NCBI RefSeq assembly: GCF_018350175.1
Contig: NC_058368.1
Span: 216,630,001 to 216,694,000, forward strand
Source of the DNA: Felis catus
Lineage: Eukaryota
Reading direction: 5' to 3'
DNA: 64,000 nt
The notes under the pieces are model-generated. The model was given only the letters and a program-made list of their open reading frames with translations. It was not told where the DNA came from and did no database searches. Shown piece after piece: positions 38,667 to 51,969 of this stretch; the stretch's first letter is position 1, and each line of letters starts with the position of its first letter. The position numbers and the translations under genes are program-made.

Positions 38667-39483
38667 AGGTTTTAACTGATACTTTCTAGTATTTCTCGTT
38701 TGTTTCAACAGTAGTACACTGCTGACTGTACGATTTCTGTTATTTTTGCTTCCTGACATATATCTGCTGACATAATCCTCTCTAGGCTTGGGGTCCCACT
38801 GCTTATTATTTATTCTGCAATATGAATATTATGTGTCACTTGCCAGGTGAAATTTCTTCTGTTTCTTGCTGGGTGTCTCATGCCAGGTCCTGGGCCCCTT
38901 CCCCCTAATTATCGTGTGTCACCATGAGTAAATGGCAAGACTTAGAGATATAATGCAGGATTCAATACATTCAATAGATAGGTCCTTTAAATTATCGCCC
39001 AGGAAAAATGTGAGCCATCACTTTAACAAATGCTCTGCATTCTGGAATATTAAAACCAGTGAATTATTATTTTTTTTCTTTCTATAAAAGCGTTAATTTA
39101 GTTCTAGGATTCATATAGTTCCAAACCACAGGAGACTCCTCACATTGTCACCAACAAAATTGAAATTTGAGCACATGATACGCTTTGGCTCGTTAAAAGT
39201 GGAAATCAAGTTTTGGAACAAGTGGGCTCAAAACAAAGTGTCTTGACGGGAATGACATTCTTCCAGAACAAAGATAATAACGTGATTGTTATTCAGCCTC
39301 TCACCTGGTGAAGGCCATATGGCACTCATATACGGACCCGTGAGATGGCATTTGTTTGGTAAATCACCCCCGAGTACAGCTGTTTCCTCAATCCAAACCT
39401 CAGCCAAGCAAATTGATATCTCTGGGGCCCAGGGTTGAGCAGATTCAGAGTATGTACTTATGCTATTTAGAGAGGGTAATTTA

Positions 39484-39609
39484 GGGGCGCCTGGGTGGCT
39501 CAGTTGGTTGAGCATCTGACTTCAGCTGAGGTCGTGATCTCAAGGTTCGTCAGTCTGAGTCCCACTTCAGATTTGCTGCCGTCAGTGCGGAGCCAGCTTG
39601 GATCCTCTG

Positions 39610-39640
<31 letters not shown>

Positions 39641-39682
39641 GCTCCTCCCCCACTTGCATTCTCTGTCAAAAATAAATAAACA
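39484..39682 (+). mobile_element. Can-SINE (feliform type)
   Basis: Degenerate TSD TTTAG(A/T)GAG(G/A)GTAATTTA on both sides. Confidence 0.93.
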
Positions 39683-42484
39683 TTTAGTGAGAGTAATTTA
39701 TAAAAATACAGAAAGAACAAATCAGTCTGCCATAGAAAGATGTGTCCAGCACAGTCAGCATATTGGTGACTGTCATAGCTAGTGGTTGGTGAATGGGCAA
39801 CCAGAATATTGAGAGTTACTTCAAGCAAATGCATGAGAACCTCAAGATATCATGACATTTTTACTTAGTACAAGATAAGCAACGTATCTGTCAGGTGGAC
39901 TGGCACCACCCTGTCTACCTTGGGTGGTGCCGGGGGAAAACCGTCCAATACCCACCCCCCACTTTTTTTCATGGTCATTAAGTCTCTCTCTGGCCCTTCG
40001 AAACCGTCCTCCATGTTTGAACCCTACAGCATTTTGTGTGATTGGAACATCTCTTTCCTCTAACAACATCTCTTTCTCTGTGCCTCACCTTCTTCTCCAG
40101 GATTATTCTTTCATATTTACGCTTCCAGTTGTTCATGGGGAATCCTCTCCTTTTCTATTCTCCAGGCAACATTTGGATTAGCCACTGATACCATCATGTG
40201 GTAACTGGTACATAGACCCATCATTGAACGAATCATGTGGCTTCCAGCTAACTTTTAACATCTCCCAATAAACATGGCAGCTGTTGGAAGTACTGTGTAT
40301 TTATGACATTTAAAGTGCATTTAAATTGATTTTGCCCTTTGATCCATTTTCACTCTCAAGTAACACTCATTTTTTCCCTTCTCTTACAGTTGTTATGATT
40401 TCTGTATGCACTACTTACAAAACAAAGCTTTAATTATTCTAACCTACATTTAAGAATTGTCTACCTCTAAATATTCACTATTATTAATGTTCTTTTTACA
40501 GCCCATTTTTAAAAAATGTGTTGAATACTCAATTTTAAATCTGCAGATCTAGTGCTTTATTCAGATGTATCACTAATGTTTTGGTTGCGTATCACTTGTT
40601 TGATAACTATGAAAAAAGTAATACTTATGCTTTCCAGAACTTCTATGTCATACATATTTTACCTATTCAACAAAATCATTTGCCATAAAAAAAATACAAC
40701 CTTCCAATAATTTTCTGTTCAATAGGAAGAGTTTTTGCAAAGTATGCTTTGGGTTTTTAAAATTCTTTTCAATTCTTCTCTTTTTTATGTTTTAAATTCT
40801 CAGGAGATTAAATCCATTAAAATGAAGCTCATCTTCAATTAGCAAGAAGAACATATGTACGCTCTTCATTAAAATCCCCAGGTATCATGAGTAGTGGTTC
40901 ATTTCGGGTTTTCAGATAATTAAAGCCTCATACACATTTTCTGATATTCCATCTGGCATTAGAGTGTATTCAACTATAGGCCACTTGAGTTACCAGACAG
41001 CTGAAAAGCTTAATAACAAACATTAATATTGGGAACACCTCCACTTTGATGTTGTATTGATAAGTGCACTATTATATCTCAAATATCCTCAAACCAAAAT
41101 AAATAAAAATAAAAATGGTGGATCTTGTCTTCTTTGATAGCCTTGCTAGACAGTAGCAATTGGAAGTTTCTTGAAGTTTCAATTTAAATAGATCTTACAT
41201 GGCTGCTAAAGTGAAAATGGAGGTATAAAATAGGTTTGAATATCTATTTAAAGAAATACTGTTTTGATTCCACTGTTCAACTAAAAGGTGCCTCACTTGC
41301 ATAGTCATTTACATACATATATCATAAAAGTGATCTTATGATAATTTTCACTGAATACAATCTAGTACATAATGGGTGCCCAATAAGTATTGAGGAAATA
41401 TTGTCATTAACCATTCTGAAATTTAGGGTAATTGTGTTTATTTAACCATTTTCTAATCTGTATCATTAAATATAAAATGTCTTCTACTTACAAGAATATA
41501 TTTTATAATTGCAAATATTTCAGGAAATAAGAATCTTGATTTTTAAGCTGAGTTACAGTTTTCCTTGATAGATTAGTATCACATACTGCATATTTGTTAT
41601 ATATCTCATCATGAACACCTCTGCAAAAAAATCACCTAATGTTGAATAATCATCCATCTAATGCTAAGTACTATCCTCTGATGAGTCCTCAGAAACCCAT
41701 GGCTGAGGTATCCTTCCCTTTAAATGGAAGGTGAAGAACTTAATAGTAATGGAGGTCCAAATAAAGCCTCAAAGAGATTCAACAGTGAGGTGAGATCTAA
41801 TATGTCAAATGCAATGATATAAACCAAACTTTCTGCTTGTATGGAAGCAGTATAGTTGCTGTAGTTACGAAAATGGTTTCCAGTATTGCTATTGTTTTAT
41901 TAATTAGTGTTTTGAACTAAAGATAAACAAGGATTAATTCTGCTTCCAAGTAAAGTTAGATTTGGCATTGATTGCTGTCATGAAGATGATTCATACTTTG
42001 TCATCCAGGATAGCAGCTCCTATAAATATCCTGAGTGTTGCATTGGATACAAGTGATCTTTAGTTACTTAAAAGTGGCTAGATGGTATGTAAAAACAGGA
42101 GTAAGATAGGATGAGAATAAGGCAAAAATGAGATGATGAAATAAATAGATAACATGTTTTTCTTCCAAAGTGAACAAGCAAATACTGGGTAACACATGCG
42201 AAGTCCAAGCACAGTATCATGGAGTTAATGCACTTGTCATGGGAAATTGTCAGATTAGTCAAGGCAGTCTGATGAGTTGTTGAAGGCAGAAATATCAGAA
42301 TGTGAAATGGAGACCGGAAGGGTGAGATTATCCTCAGGTCCTATTGAGGATAGGAAAAAAACATCAAGAGAGGAGGGAAGATTTTGTTCTTAAGAATATA
42401 TGTAAGAGGTTTAGGCTGATTTTTTTAAAATAAATTTTACGTAAAGTAGAAAAACAAAACACTACTTTTCTTAACATTAAGCCA

Positions 42485-42885
42485 CTCTTTAAAAAAAGAA
42501 AACATGATTTCTTTTGAGAGAGAGAGAGAGCAAGAGAGGGACAAAGAGAGGGAGAGAGAATCCCAAGCAGGCTCTGTGCTAATAGCAGGGCTTGAACCCA
42601 CCAACCCTGAGATAATGAATGATCTAAGCTGCAATCAAGAGTTGGAGGCTTGGGGCGCCTGGGTGGCTCCATCGGTTAAGCATGGACTTCAGCTCAGGTC
42701 ATGATCTCACGGTTCGTGAGTTCGAGCCCCACATTGGGCTCTGTGATGTCAGCTTGGAGCCTGCTTCGGATTCTGTGCCCCCCTCTCTCTCTGCTCTTTT
42801 CCCGCTCATACTCTCTGTCTCAAAAATAAATAAAACATTAAAAAAAATAGTGGAGGCTTAACCAACTGAGCCACTCAGGTACACC
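42485..42885 (-). mobile_element. Older Can-SINE split by a nested SINE
   Basis: Body 42505-42651 and head 42860-42885; outer TSD TAACAT(T)AAGCCA at 42472-42484 and 42886-42897. Confidence 0.9.
42652..42848 (+). mobile_element. Can-SINE nested inside an antisense SINE
   Basis: TSD AGT(T)GGAGGCTT at 42640-42651 and 42849-42859. Confidence 0.95.
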
Positions 42886-43183
42886 TAACATAAGCCATTT
42901 CTCAATTCACAGAATTAATATATGAATATTTTTCTTACTATTGATAATGTATTTTAGGTTAAATTTTTCTTGGAAAAGTTAAGAGTATTTTATTGAGAAT
43001 ATTACAGAAAAATGTTCAACTTAAACTATCATTAAACTAAGTGACTGCGTATAATAAGGTTTGTATTTAACATAAAATAAAATTTGTGTCTAAAAATTGT
43101 ATCAGGAAAGGAAAACTTTGTGGAATAAGAGGAGCTCTGAGTTTTTATTTCTATAAAGTTTACTTAACAAGTCCAAGTAATGA

Positions 43184-43403
43184 GGGGCGTCTGCATAGCT
43201 CAGTCGGTTAAGTGTCCGACTCCTCCTTTCGGCTCAGGTCATGATCTTGCAGTTCAAGGTTTCGAGCGCCACATGGGGCTCCATGCTGACAGTGCAGAGC
43301 CTGCCTGGGATTCTCTCTCTCCCTCTCCCTCTGCCACTCCCCTGCTCGCTCTCTCTCTCTCTCTCTCTCAAAAATAAATAAACTTAAAAATGTTTTTTTT
43401 AAT
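43184..43403 (+). mobile_element. Can-SINE
   Basis: TSD TCCAAGTAATGA at 43172-43183 and 43404-43415. Confidence 0.95.
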
Positions 43404-43636
43404 TCCAAGTAATGAATTTTCAAAAACAAATTGATAATGGAAGGAAGATCACGACGCCATTTAAAATAATCTTTATTTCCCATTAAAAATACAGATATAT
43501 TGTTTCCCTTGAATAAAGGAATCACTGTCTTTATTATATTGTCATCTGAAATTATATCTGCATAAGTATACTAATGACATTTATCATTCACTGAATACTT
43601 CCAATGAATTAAACATTAATTTAAAATAATTATATT

Positions 43637-43640
<4 letters not shown>

Positions 43641-43680
<40 letters not shown>
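43641..43680. repeat. (AT)n microsatellite, probably within an antisense MIR (~43575-43815)
   Basis: Direct read; flanks show MIR-like CATTGTCTCCACTTTTCACAAGAAAAC. Confidence 0.9.
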
Positions 43681-43682
<2 letters not shown>

Positions 43683-45840
43683 TGTTTCTCACAATTTCAC
43701 AATCTGTCAAGAAATCTGTCATTGTCTCCACTTTTCACAAGAAAACAAAAAGGCTTTGAGCCTTTACGCTCACAATGAACTGAATAAGGATTTAAAGAAA
43801 GTTCTGACACTAAGGCATGCATGTGCATTGAATACCATTCATACGGGGGGGAAATAAGGCATGTGTGCACACATGTGCACACATGTGTGGGGTGTGGTGC
43901 ATTTTCTACTATATTCCTGGGTTTCTTGAACAGTGTGCATTGCCCAGAAATGTATCTCTTCCTACGTTTTGCTCCTTGGAATGAATCAAGCCATGCTTAG
44001 CATGCTGTACTCCATTTTCCCGCCTCATGTAGACAAGTCTAGTATGTAATTCTTGTTCTTCCCTCTTTCCCATATGTCTTTTGAACCACAAGGTCCCCGG
44101 TAGTGCAATTTACTTTTCACTTCTGCTGCAAACCCTTAGGGTTGGAGAAAAATTGGTTCTCTTCCTGTTGCCTGATTGAAAGGGGTATGAATTCAAATCA
44201 TTTCCTAGTTTAAATTGGCTTTCATTTATGGAGTCCTTCCTCACTGGCTTGTCCTGGCTGATGGCTGAGATTTTTCACGGCTAAGTGCTTTGGCTTTCTT
44301 CAGAGGAAAAGCACTATCTAAGTGCAAAATGTTACAATTAATATTAAAATGAGATTCCACCAAGTTTAAAAAGACTATTTAAAAGAAGCACAAGGAATGG
44401 TAGAAGAAAAGCAGCATGTGGCTCTTTGTATTTTATAGATATGCCTTTTTCACAAAGGGGACATGGTGTTTAATACATGTAATTTTTAGAAGAGAAACAT
44501 AAAAAACTACATATGCAAACACATATAATATTAAGAATTCTGAAGTTTTAAAGAGGAACTCTGCACTTAAGATATTTTTCATACTACACACATTTTATAT
44601 TTAAACTGACATAGAAATTTCACTTTGTTCTCCTTTATAGCTTTTATAACTGATCATACACGTACTTGACTTTAACTATTGCATTAACAGTTTTGGATAG
44701 TAAGAAGCGGTTCATTGTTTCCTAAACGCAGTGATGATACAGAACGAGGCATTGAGAAAAACACCAACATAACAGCAACTGTTTCATAATGCTCTAAAAA
44801 TAGTACAAATGGTGTTCATATACTTCTGAGTCCTGCCTTTGTTCAACGCGAAAATAAAATCCTACTTGGTGAATACAAAAGAAATGTGGTTTGAATAATT
44901 CAATGTTTACATAATGACATTATTTTTTATTCACATTTAGTTAGGGAGATTTTGAATTTGGTCAACTTGTACAAAAATAATATGGTTCTTTAGAAGAAGA
45001 CCTGAACAATAAATCATGACCACTACACGTTTTCCTAAAGAAATGACAGGGTATGATTTTATAATGTAAATATTAGTAAAATGTGTTTCACTTTAAAGTC
45101 TAAGCTCAATACAGTTTCCATATGCATCTATATTTCCTATCTGTTTAAGTATCTCTGTGTGGAAATAGACATTCCCATTGCACTTAGTTATTTCTTCAAG
45201 CAGCATAGATCTCTAACCACTGAATCACATGACCATGACATCTGGCAAGCAATTAAGAGTTTCACAGATAAAATGTCAACTAACACGGCAGGTATTACAT
45301 GGACCTGTAGCATGATGCTTTCAATTTTAATCTAATCAAATCACGTTCACAAGCGCTTTATTAAACATTGAAAAAGTAGAGACCCTTAATAAAATTCCAT
45401 TCCCTAGACAGATCTAATTTAGGAATAGATTTTATTTAGTCAAAAATATTTTCCTATTTCAATGTCGTATGAATCTCAGGGTTAAAAAAACTAGTTTTGG
45501 AGGGCATTTATGAATGCAAGACAAGAATCTGGTACGGAATCTATTTCTTCTTTCTGGATTGAGTATTTACAAGTTTATTGAGATGGGTCTCTAGAAACAG
45601 ATTTGTGATGGGGAAATTCGACTTAAAATATGGTTAAAAGATTTAACGAGTGATGGAAATCACTTACCAGATGTCACGGTACTTCCCTTAAATGTTGTTC
45701 AAAGAAATAAATACCGCTAAGGGAAAGAAGAAAAGATTTTGATAGTTTTAAGTGCTAAAAAGTAAGAATGATTACAAGTGTAATCTTCAATATTTTTGCT
45801 GAGCTGGTTTTTAATAAACAAACACAACTGTTTGTTTTAC

Positions 45841-46004
45841 TTTATTGATCCCTTCAGTTCTCAGTGCGGCAGCACGAGTGTCTCTGTTGTTTATCCTCAC
45901 TTATATTTAGAGACAGAAGTGAGAGTGTAGCTCACTCTACAATGAGATGACTGGTGTTTCCTTAGGTTTATCCATTTCCTGTTCAGCTGCAGAAACAGAT
46001 TTCT
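45841..46004 (+). repeat. Direct duplication, copy 1
   Basis: 45885-46004 aligns ungapped to 46282-46401 with 23 mismatches in 120 nt (hand count); weaker similarity extends upstream. Confidence 0.9.
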
Positions 46005-46227
46005 TTCTTTTTTTTTTTTTTAATTATTTATTTTGAGAGAGACAGAGAGAGCGTGAGCTGGGGAGGTGTGGAAAGAGAAGGAGAGAGAGAGAGAAAGAGA
46101 ATCCCAAGCAGGCTCCGGGCTGTCAGCGCAGAGCCCGATGCGGGGCTTGAACTCACAAAACCAGGAAATCATGACCTGAGCAGAAGCTACGGTCGGACAC
46201 TTAACAGACTGAGCCACCCAGGCGTCC
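46005..46227 (-). mobile_element. Can-SINE between the two duplicated copies
   Basis: Poly(T)...TTTTGAGAGAG...GAGCCACCCAGGCGTCC; no short TSD. Confidence 0.95.
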
Positions 46228-46401
46228 TTTGTGATCCCTCCAGCTCTTAGGGCTGTGCGACTACCTGAGTGTGAATAGCTGTGTTGTTTATCCTCACCTA
46301 TGTTTAGGGACAGAGGAGAGAGCTTGGCTCACTTTATGGTGAGATGACTGGTTTCTCATTAGTTTTATCTGTTTACTGTTCGGCTGCACAAACGTATTTC
46401 T
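46228..46401 (+). repeat. Direct duplication, copy 2
   Basis: TTTGTGATCCCTCCAGCTCTTAG...TGTTGTTTATCCTCAC...GAGATGACTGGT...ATTTCT. Confidence 0.9.
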
Positions 46402-49180
46402 AAGAATGCGTCTCCCAGTATCAGTGAAGGTGGTTCGTCTACAGGCAAAACGAGTGAAGGCTTGGATATATATTAGATACACTAATTCAGAATAAAATTA
46501 TTTCCTACATTCTGTTTTCTGACAAAGTTTCTAGGAATGAATTGCATCACTTTTAAGACAAACGCGTACTTAGTAATTCTGATATTTTTAAGATTGCTCT
46601 TATTTTGAGAATATTGCACACGTGCACACATACAAATTCATAGAAGAAAATTTAAAAATTACTCTTTGTGGTGCTTTTTTGTCCTGCTTTGTGTGATATA
46701 TAATCTCTCAAATATGTAATGAGTATTTAGGACTTAGTTCCTAAAAAAGAAGGGCTGAAGAATTAGTTCCCCTTTTCAGCAAAATGCATTCACTACTTTT
46801 TTAACCTGTGTTTTAATATCCAGAGGTATATGAAACTTATCAATTATTGTTCAAGTCAGTTTCAAAAAAAAAAATCTGTGTGGTTAAACAGTATGCAGAA
46901 AAACTTTTTGACAGCTTTATCAACTATTAAAATGTTGTTATGTTGTGTATGTATGTATTCATCTACATTTATTTACTCACTAATTGGTACACAAAACTTT
47001 TGTTCCTGTAACATTATCCATGGTGGAGGCAGGGGAATAGGGAACCAGAACATGCTTCCATATTGTCGCTCATAAACATTAGTTACAGTGAATGAATGGT
47101 GACTGCACGTCATAAAAATTCTAATGTTTTTCTCTTGTAAATTTGCCAGATGTTGAGTCATATAGTTTGGAAGGTTTGAAATTAATTATTCAAATCATTT
47201 CTCTGTCATATTCTCTGGTGTGATACAAAGTTGTAGTTGATAAATACAAATGGCTAACTATCTTATTCTGAATAAAAACTGAAGACCCTTGTTTAAATAT
47301 GTAGAAGGAAAAATGAAAACAGCAATGCATGCTCCAGAGAATTTCCTTTGGCAGTATTCTTGAAGCATGCATAATATTTATCAACTTAGTAAGTAAAAAC
47401 CATTTATAACAGACACCAAAATCTCTTAAACTCACCTCTGTGTGTCACAGTATACTCAGTTACGAAACTGAGGCCTAGAAGATCACAGAACTATTTTTGT
47501 CACGTTTAAACAGCAGCGCTAATTTCATTGAGAAATCACTATATAATGTTACAGCCATTGACATTAATTTCAGATTAGATTTCACAGTAAGTGCAAAAAA
47601 TTAAATTGTAATGAAATAATAATTAAAAGAGGAAACAGCTTGCCACATTTTTAAAGAAAATCTTTCATTCATTTTTATATATGGCATATAAAAGGACTCA
47701 GGTAAAGATTTTCTTTCAACTCACCTCCTACGTGTATTTTTTTTTCTTACTTTGAACATCTATCATATTTTTTTAACATACATAGGAAATTGTGACACAA
47801 ATTGAAAGGAGTCCATAGTTAGCCTTTTCTCATAGCACTCTTTCTCTCTTCTTACCAGAAGTCAGAGAGAGGTAGCTACCTGAATCACCAGATTCATTCA
47901 TTTTCTTGAGTCGAGTACTGAACAATTCTTCAGGGAGTGAGAAATGCGGCAGTTGTCAAGTTTGGCTCACCCATATCGTATCAGATATGGGTGATTGGAA
48001 ATAAATGCTAAAGTTACTAATCTTTACAAAGCACTTGGCTGAGCAATCCTTGACGTGACCTACATTAATCTAACTTCTGTTATGCCCTAGTAAACATACT
48101 TCTGATTCCCTTCTCGACGAGATCGTAAATTTCAGGAGCATTCAAAACATTAAGTTTAGGTTGAAGACAATTATCCTCATCCAACGTATAGATGCCTCTG
48201 TGTAGGTCCAAAAAGATGCTGGCAAATATTAAAATTTGCCTATTTTGTGATGACAGTTATAGACACAGAAGCATGGGATATAGGTTAAGGCCACTTCCTT
48301 TAGTAAAAGTTTTATTTGCAGAACGAATGTTACAAAGACGTCATTTGTTACTATAAATATGTTATAGCAATATGTCTTCCACTTGCCTAAAGTAAAAAGT
48401 TTGCTTTAATTAATACCTCAGTCTTATGACTAAAACATCAAACACCACATATGCTAAATTCTCACACCACAAATGGCAAACACACACGGACCGCTTGAAA
48501 ATTTATCTACAGATGCTGCTCTGGTCATTAGGGTTCACTGGAAATCTCTTGAAAAAGAGCTGTTTAATCTCTTCTGTGCAAATGTTCAGTTGGCATATAT
48601 AGTTGATGGCATATAAATAAAACATATTATAAGAAAAATATATTAAGTTTGTGACCTAGCATTAGCATACTTTGAAATCCCACACCATTAAGTGGTTATT
48701 TCAAAAGAATGACTGCTACATAAAATAGAGTTGGTATAAAATATAGGTTATGTTATTATTTTAATAAACAATATGCAGTTTGAGGATTACTGTTACTATT
48801 TACATTACCATTTACATTACAGTCATGAAAAAAAGAGAATTCGATAAAAATCTAAATTCTCAGCCTATTTTTGAATTTCAAATCAATCCACAAGAATTAT
48901 TTAAATAAACAGAGATGGCAGATTCTGAGGACATTCTTACCTGGTAATAATTTATCTACTTCACCCAAATCTAAAGACGTATGACTGAAAAAAAAATTAT
49001 AAAGGTGAGCAGAGAAAATGGGAATCTTATCAACCATTTATTAAAAAAAATTTCCATATAAATTACTGGTTTCATTCAGTCAGGGAGAATAGACAGATAA
49101 TTGGTGTGCAAGGATTCTTTACTCTCCAGAATCTCAATATTTATTGAGATTCCAGAAGGGGACAGAATTAACCTAAGAGA

Positions 49181-49467
49181 TTATGCTCAGTGTAATAAGT
49201 CAATCAGAGAAAGATAAATACTGTATGATTTCATTCATATGTAGAATTTAAGAAGCAAAACAGATGAACATAGGGGAAGGAGAGGGGATAGAGAAGAGAG
49301 GGAAACAAATCATAGAGACTCTTAATGATAGAGAGCAATCTGTGGGTTGACAGAGGGAAGTGGGTGGGAGATGGGCTGGATGTTATATGTAAGTGATGAA
49401 TCACTGAATTCTACTTCTGAAACCAATATTGCGCTGTGTGTTCACTAACTACTATTTAAATTAAAAA
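49181..49467 (+). mobile_element. 5'-truncated carnivore L1 3' end
   Basis: TSD AATTAACCTAAGAGA at 49166-49180 and 49468-49482; GTAAGTGATGAATCACTGAATTCTACTTCTGAAACCAATATT. Confidence 0.93.
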
Positions 49468-49722
49468 AATTAACCTAAGAGAAAAGTCACCACAGTAAAA
49501 TGAAATTCTATATACTTATAGATGATACTTATATTTTCTCTTTCTATATCTCTCCTTCATCTTTCTCCCAGTTTTTATCTTTGCTTATTTATAATATCAT
49601 CATTAACTTTTTTCAGCATCTGCAGATTTGGATGAGATCACTTTTTCCTATATCTCCATATGTGAAGCAAAATTTTGTATTTCAGTTAAACTATCGAAGT
49701 TTTAAAGAAGCTGTCAAGGCTT

Positions 49723-49856
49723 GGCGCGCCTGGGTGGCTCAGTTGATTAAGCGTCTGACTTCGGCTCAGGTCATAATCTCACAGGTCGTGGGTTTGAGCA
49801 CTGGGCTCGGTGCTGACTCAGAGTTTGGAACCTGCTTCAGATTCTGTCTCTCTCTC

Positions 49857-49896
<40 letters not shown>

Positions 49897-49959
49897 CCTC
49901 CCCCGTTCACACTCTGTTTCTCTCTCTCAAAAATAATCATTAATTTTTTTTTAACTGAA
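49723..49959 (+). mobile_element. Can-SINE with expanded (CT)n
   Basis: TSD AAGCTGTCAAGGCTT at 49708-49722 and 49960-49974. Confidence 0.96.
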
Positions 49960-50249
49960 AAGCTGTCAAGGCTTAACTAATGGTTAATATCAAACCATCA
50001 AATCTACTTTGAGCAATGACACTATTGCACATTCCGTCTGTGTCCAAAGTGGTAGTTCAGTGGTCTTAGTAGCGTCTTCACGGGTTTATATTTTTAATGA
50101 TATATGATATGTAGACATAATTTTAGTGGAACTCACAGGTTTTGACTATGATTCACAATGCTCAAAATACTATTTTTATGATAATATGGCTCTTCTGTTC
50201 CTTAGTCACTTTGACATTCCATCCAGAAAAATAGGTAAATGGCTATTAC

Positions 50250-51087
50250 TTGTATTAAATATATTCATAATGTTGTACCAACATCCCCACTATCCATCTC
50301 CATAACTCTTTTTATCTTGTAAAACTGAAACTCTACATCCATTAAGCAATAGCTACTCATTTCCCCCTCCTCCCAACTCCTGGCAACCATCATTCTATTT
50401 TCTGTGTATATTTTTAAGTACCTCATAAAAGTGGAATCATACAGTGTTTGTGTTTTTGTGACTGAATTATTTCACTTAGCATGTCTTCAGTGTTCATCCA
50501 TGTCGTAGCATATGTCAGAATTTTCTGCCTTTTTAAGGCTGAATAATATTCCTGAAATTCAAAAACATAAAAAATAAATAGCCTACTTTACAAGTGAGTA
50601 AAGGACTTGAATGGACATTTCTCCAAAAATGATATACAAATGGCTAAATAAACACATAAATAAATACTCACTATCACAAATCATTAGGGAAATGTAAGTC
50701 AAAACTCTGAGATATTCCCTTCTACTCATGAGGATAGCTACTATCAAACAAAATAAAACAATGCAAAACAAAAAACAAAACCAGAGAAGAGCAAGTGTTG
50801 GGAGGGATGTGAAGAAACTGGGACTCATGTGCTGTTGCTGGGAATATGAAATGGTACGATCCTATGGAAAACAGTTTGGTGGTTCTAGAAGAATCTAAAA
50901 ATATAATTACCATAAAAACCTGCAATCCCACTTGTGAATATATACCCAAAAGAGTTGAAAGCAATGTCTCAAAGAGATATTTGTATACCTGTGTTCATAG
51001 CTACGTTATTCATAATAGCTAAAATGGGAGGCAACCATAGTGTCCTTCCATGAATAAACGAATAAGCAAAATGTGATATAAACAATG
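50250..51087 (-). mobile_element. L1MB-like element with inverted 5' part (50553-51087 reads on +)
   Basis: 50250-50552 is antisense L1 3'UTR; 50553-51087 is sense ORF2 end (AAAGGACTTGAATGGACATTTCTCCAAAAATGATATACAAATGG...CAAAATGTGATATAAACAATG). Confidence 0.85.
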
Positions 51088-51349
51088 TTTTAAGCAAGTA
51101 AACAAATATATGCATTTCACTCAACTAGAATAATTTTTTGCTCCTAAAAAGTTCAATATTTTGAGACTGATTTTTCTCTATTAACCTAAACTTGTTTTCC
51201 CCCCAAACTGAAATTGTAACTCTTCTTGAAATTAAAAGTAATATTGAGACAAACTATATAATGAAAAAAATGTGAAACAAGGGTGTGCTCATCTTAAACA
51301 ATTTACAATATTGATTTGTTGTAATATCCTCTCAAAGTGATTTTTTTAA

Positions 51350-51752
51350 TAAATTAAATTCTTTAGAAGTAGTACTTGATTTTTCTAATAGTTATAGATC
51401 TCCTTTTTCATAAATACTTTGAATATATTTTAATTATTCATACATTTAAATTCATACCGACTATGAGAATGACCGTTTCCCTAATACTGTTTCCCCAATC
51501 ATGACCTGAAAATAATATTTCGTTGTTGTTTTAATTTGTGATTCTCTTTATAAGAAGGTGTTGGTTCATATATTCATGAGCCAAATATAATTCCTTTTCT
51601 ATAAACTGAGAGTTTACATTCATTGCTTATTAGATTCTTTGTTCTATTCTAATTCACTTATAGCAATTCATACGTATTAGACTCAGTTCTATACCGATGG
51701 TATCTACTACAAACATTTCCATTCATTTTGCCTTGTGATACATAGCCATTTT

Positions 51753-51789
<37 letters not shown>

Positions 51790-51960
51790 AAACATCTTTG
51801 ATTTTTATGCATAGTAAAACTGTTTAGTCTCATGTTTTACACTACTTGGTTTTCAGTCACGGTAAAATTACATAGATGTATATCTGTTATCCTAAAATCT
51901 TAATGGATTGACTTTTGTATTTTAGTTTAAATGCAATTGATTTTTTTAAAGGTAAAGAGT
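51350..51960 (-). mobile_element. Old L1ME-like fragment
   Basis: TTGTTGTTTTAATTTGTGATTCTCT...CCTTTTCTATAAACTG...; contains (TG)n at 51756-51788. Confidence 0.45.
51756..51788. repeat. (TG)n microsatellite
   Basis: Direct read. Confidence 0.95.
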
Positions 51961-51969
51961 GAAAAAGAA

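Noticed and set aside
40804..40881. Exon-like segment with a good polypyrimidine tract, AG acceptor and GT donor
   Set aside because: Stop codons in all three frames; a non-coding exon cannot be supported without RNA data
43860..43875. Palindrome CATGTGTGCACACATG
   Set aside because: Product of low-complexity CA/TG slippage
253..46250. Recurring short ORFs with AQSVKRPTSAQV / RERETQNLKQAPGS motifs
   Set aside because: These are translations of Can-SINE copies, not a gene family
49500..49943. Longest ORF in the track (147 aa)
   Set aside because: T-rich non-coding sequence reading into a SINE and its (CT)n tract (LSLSL...)
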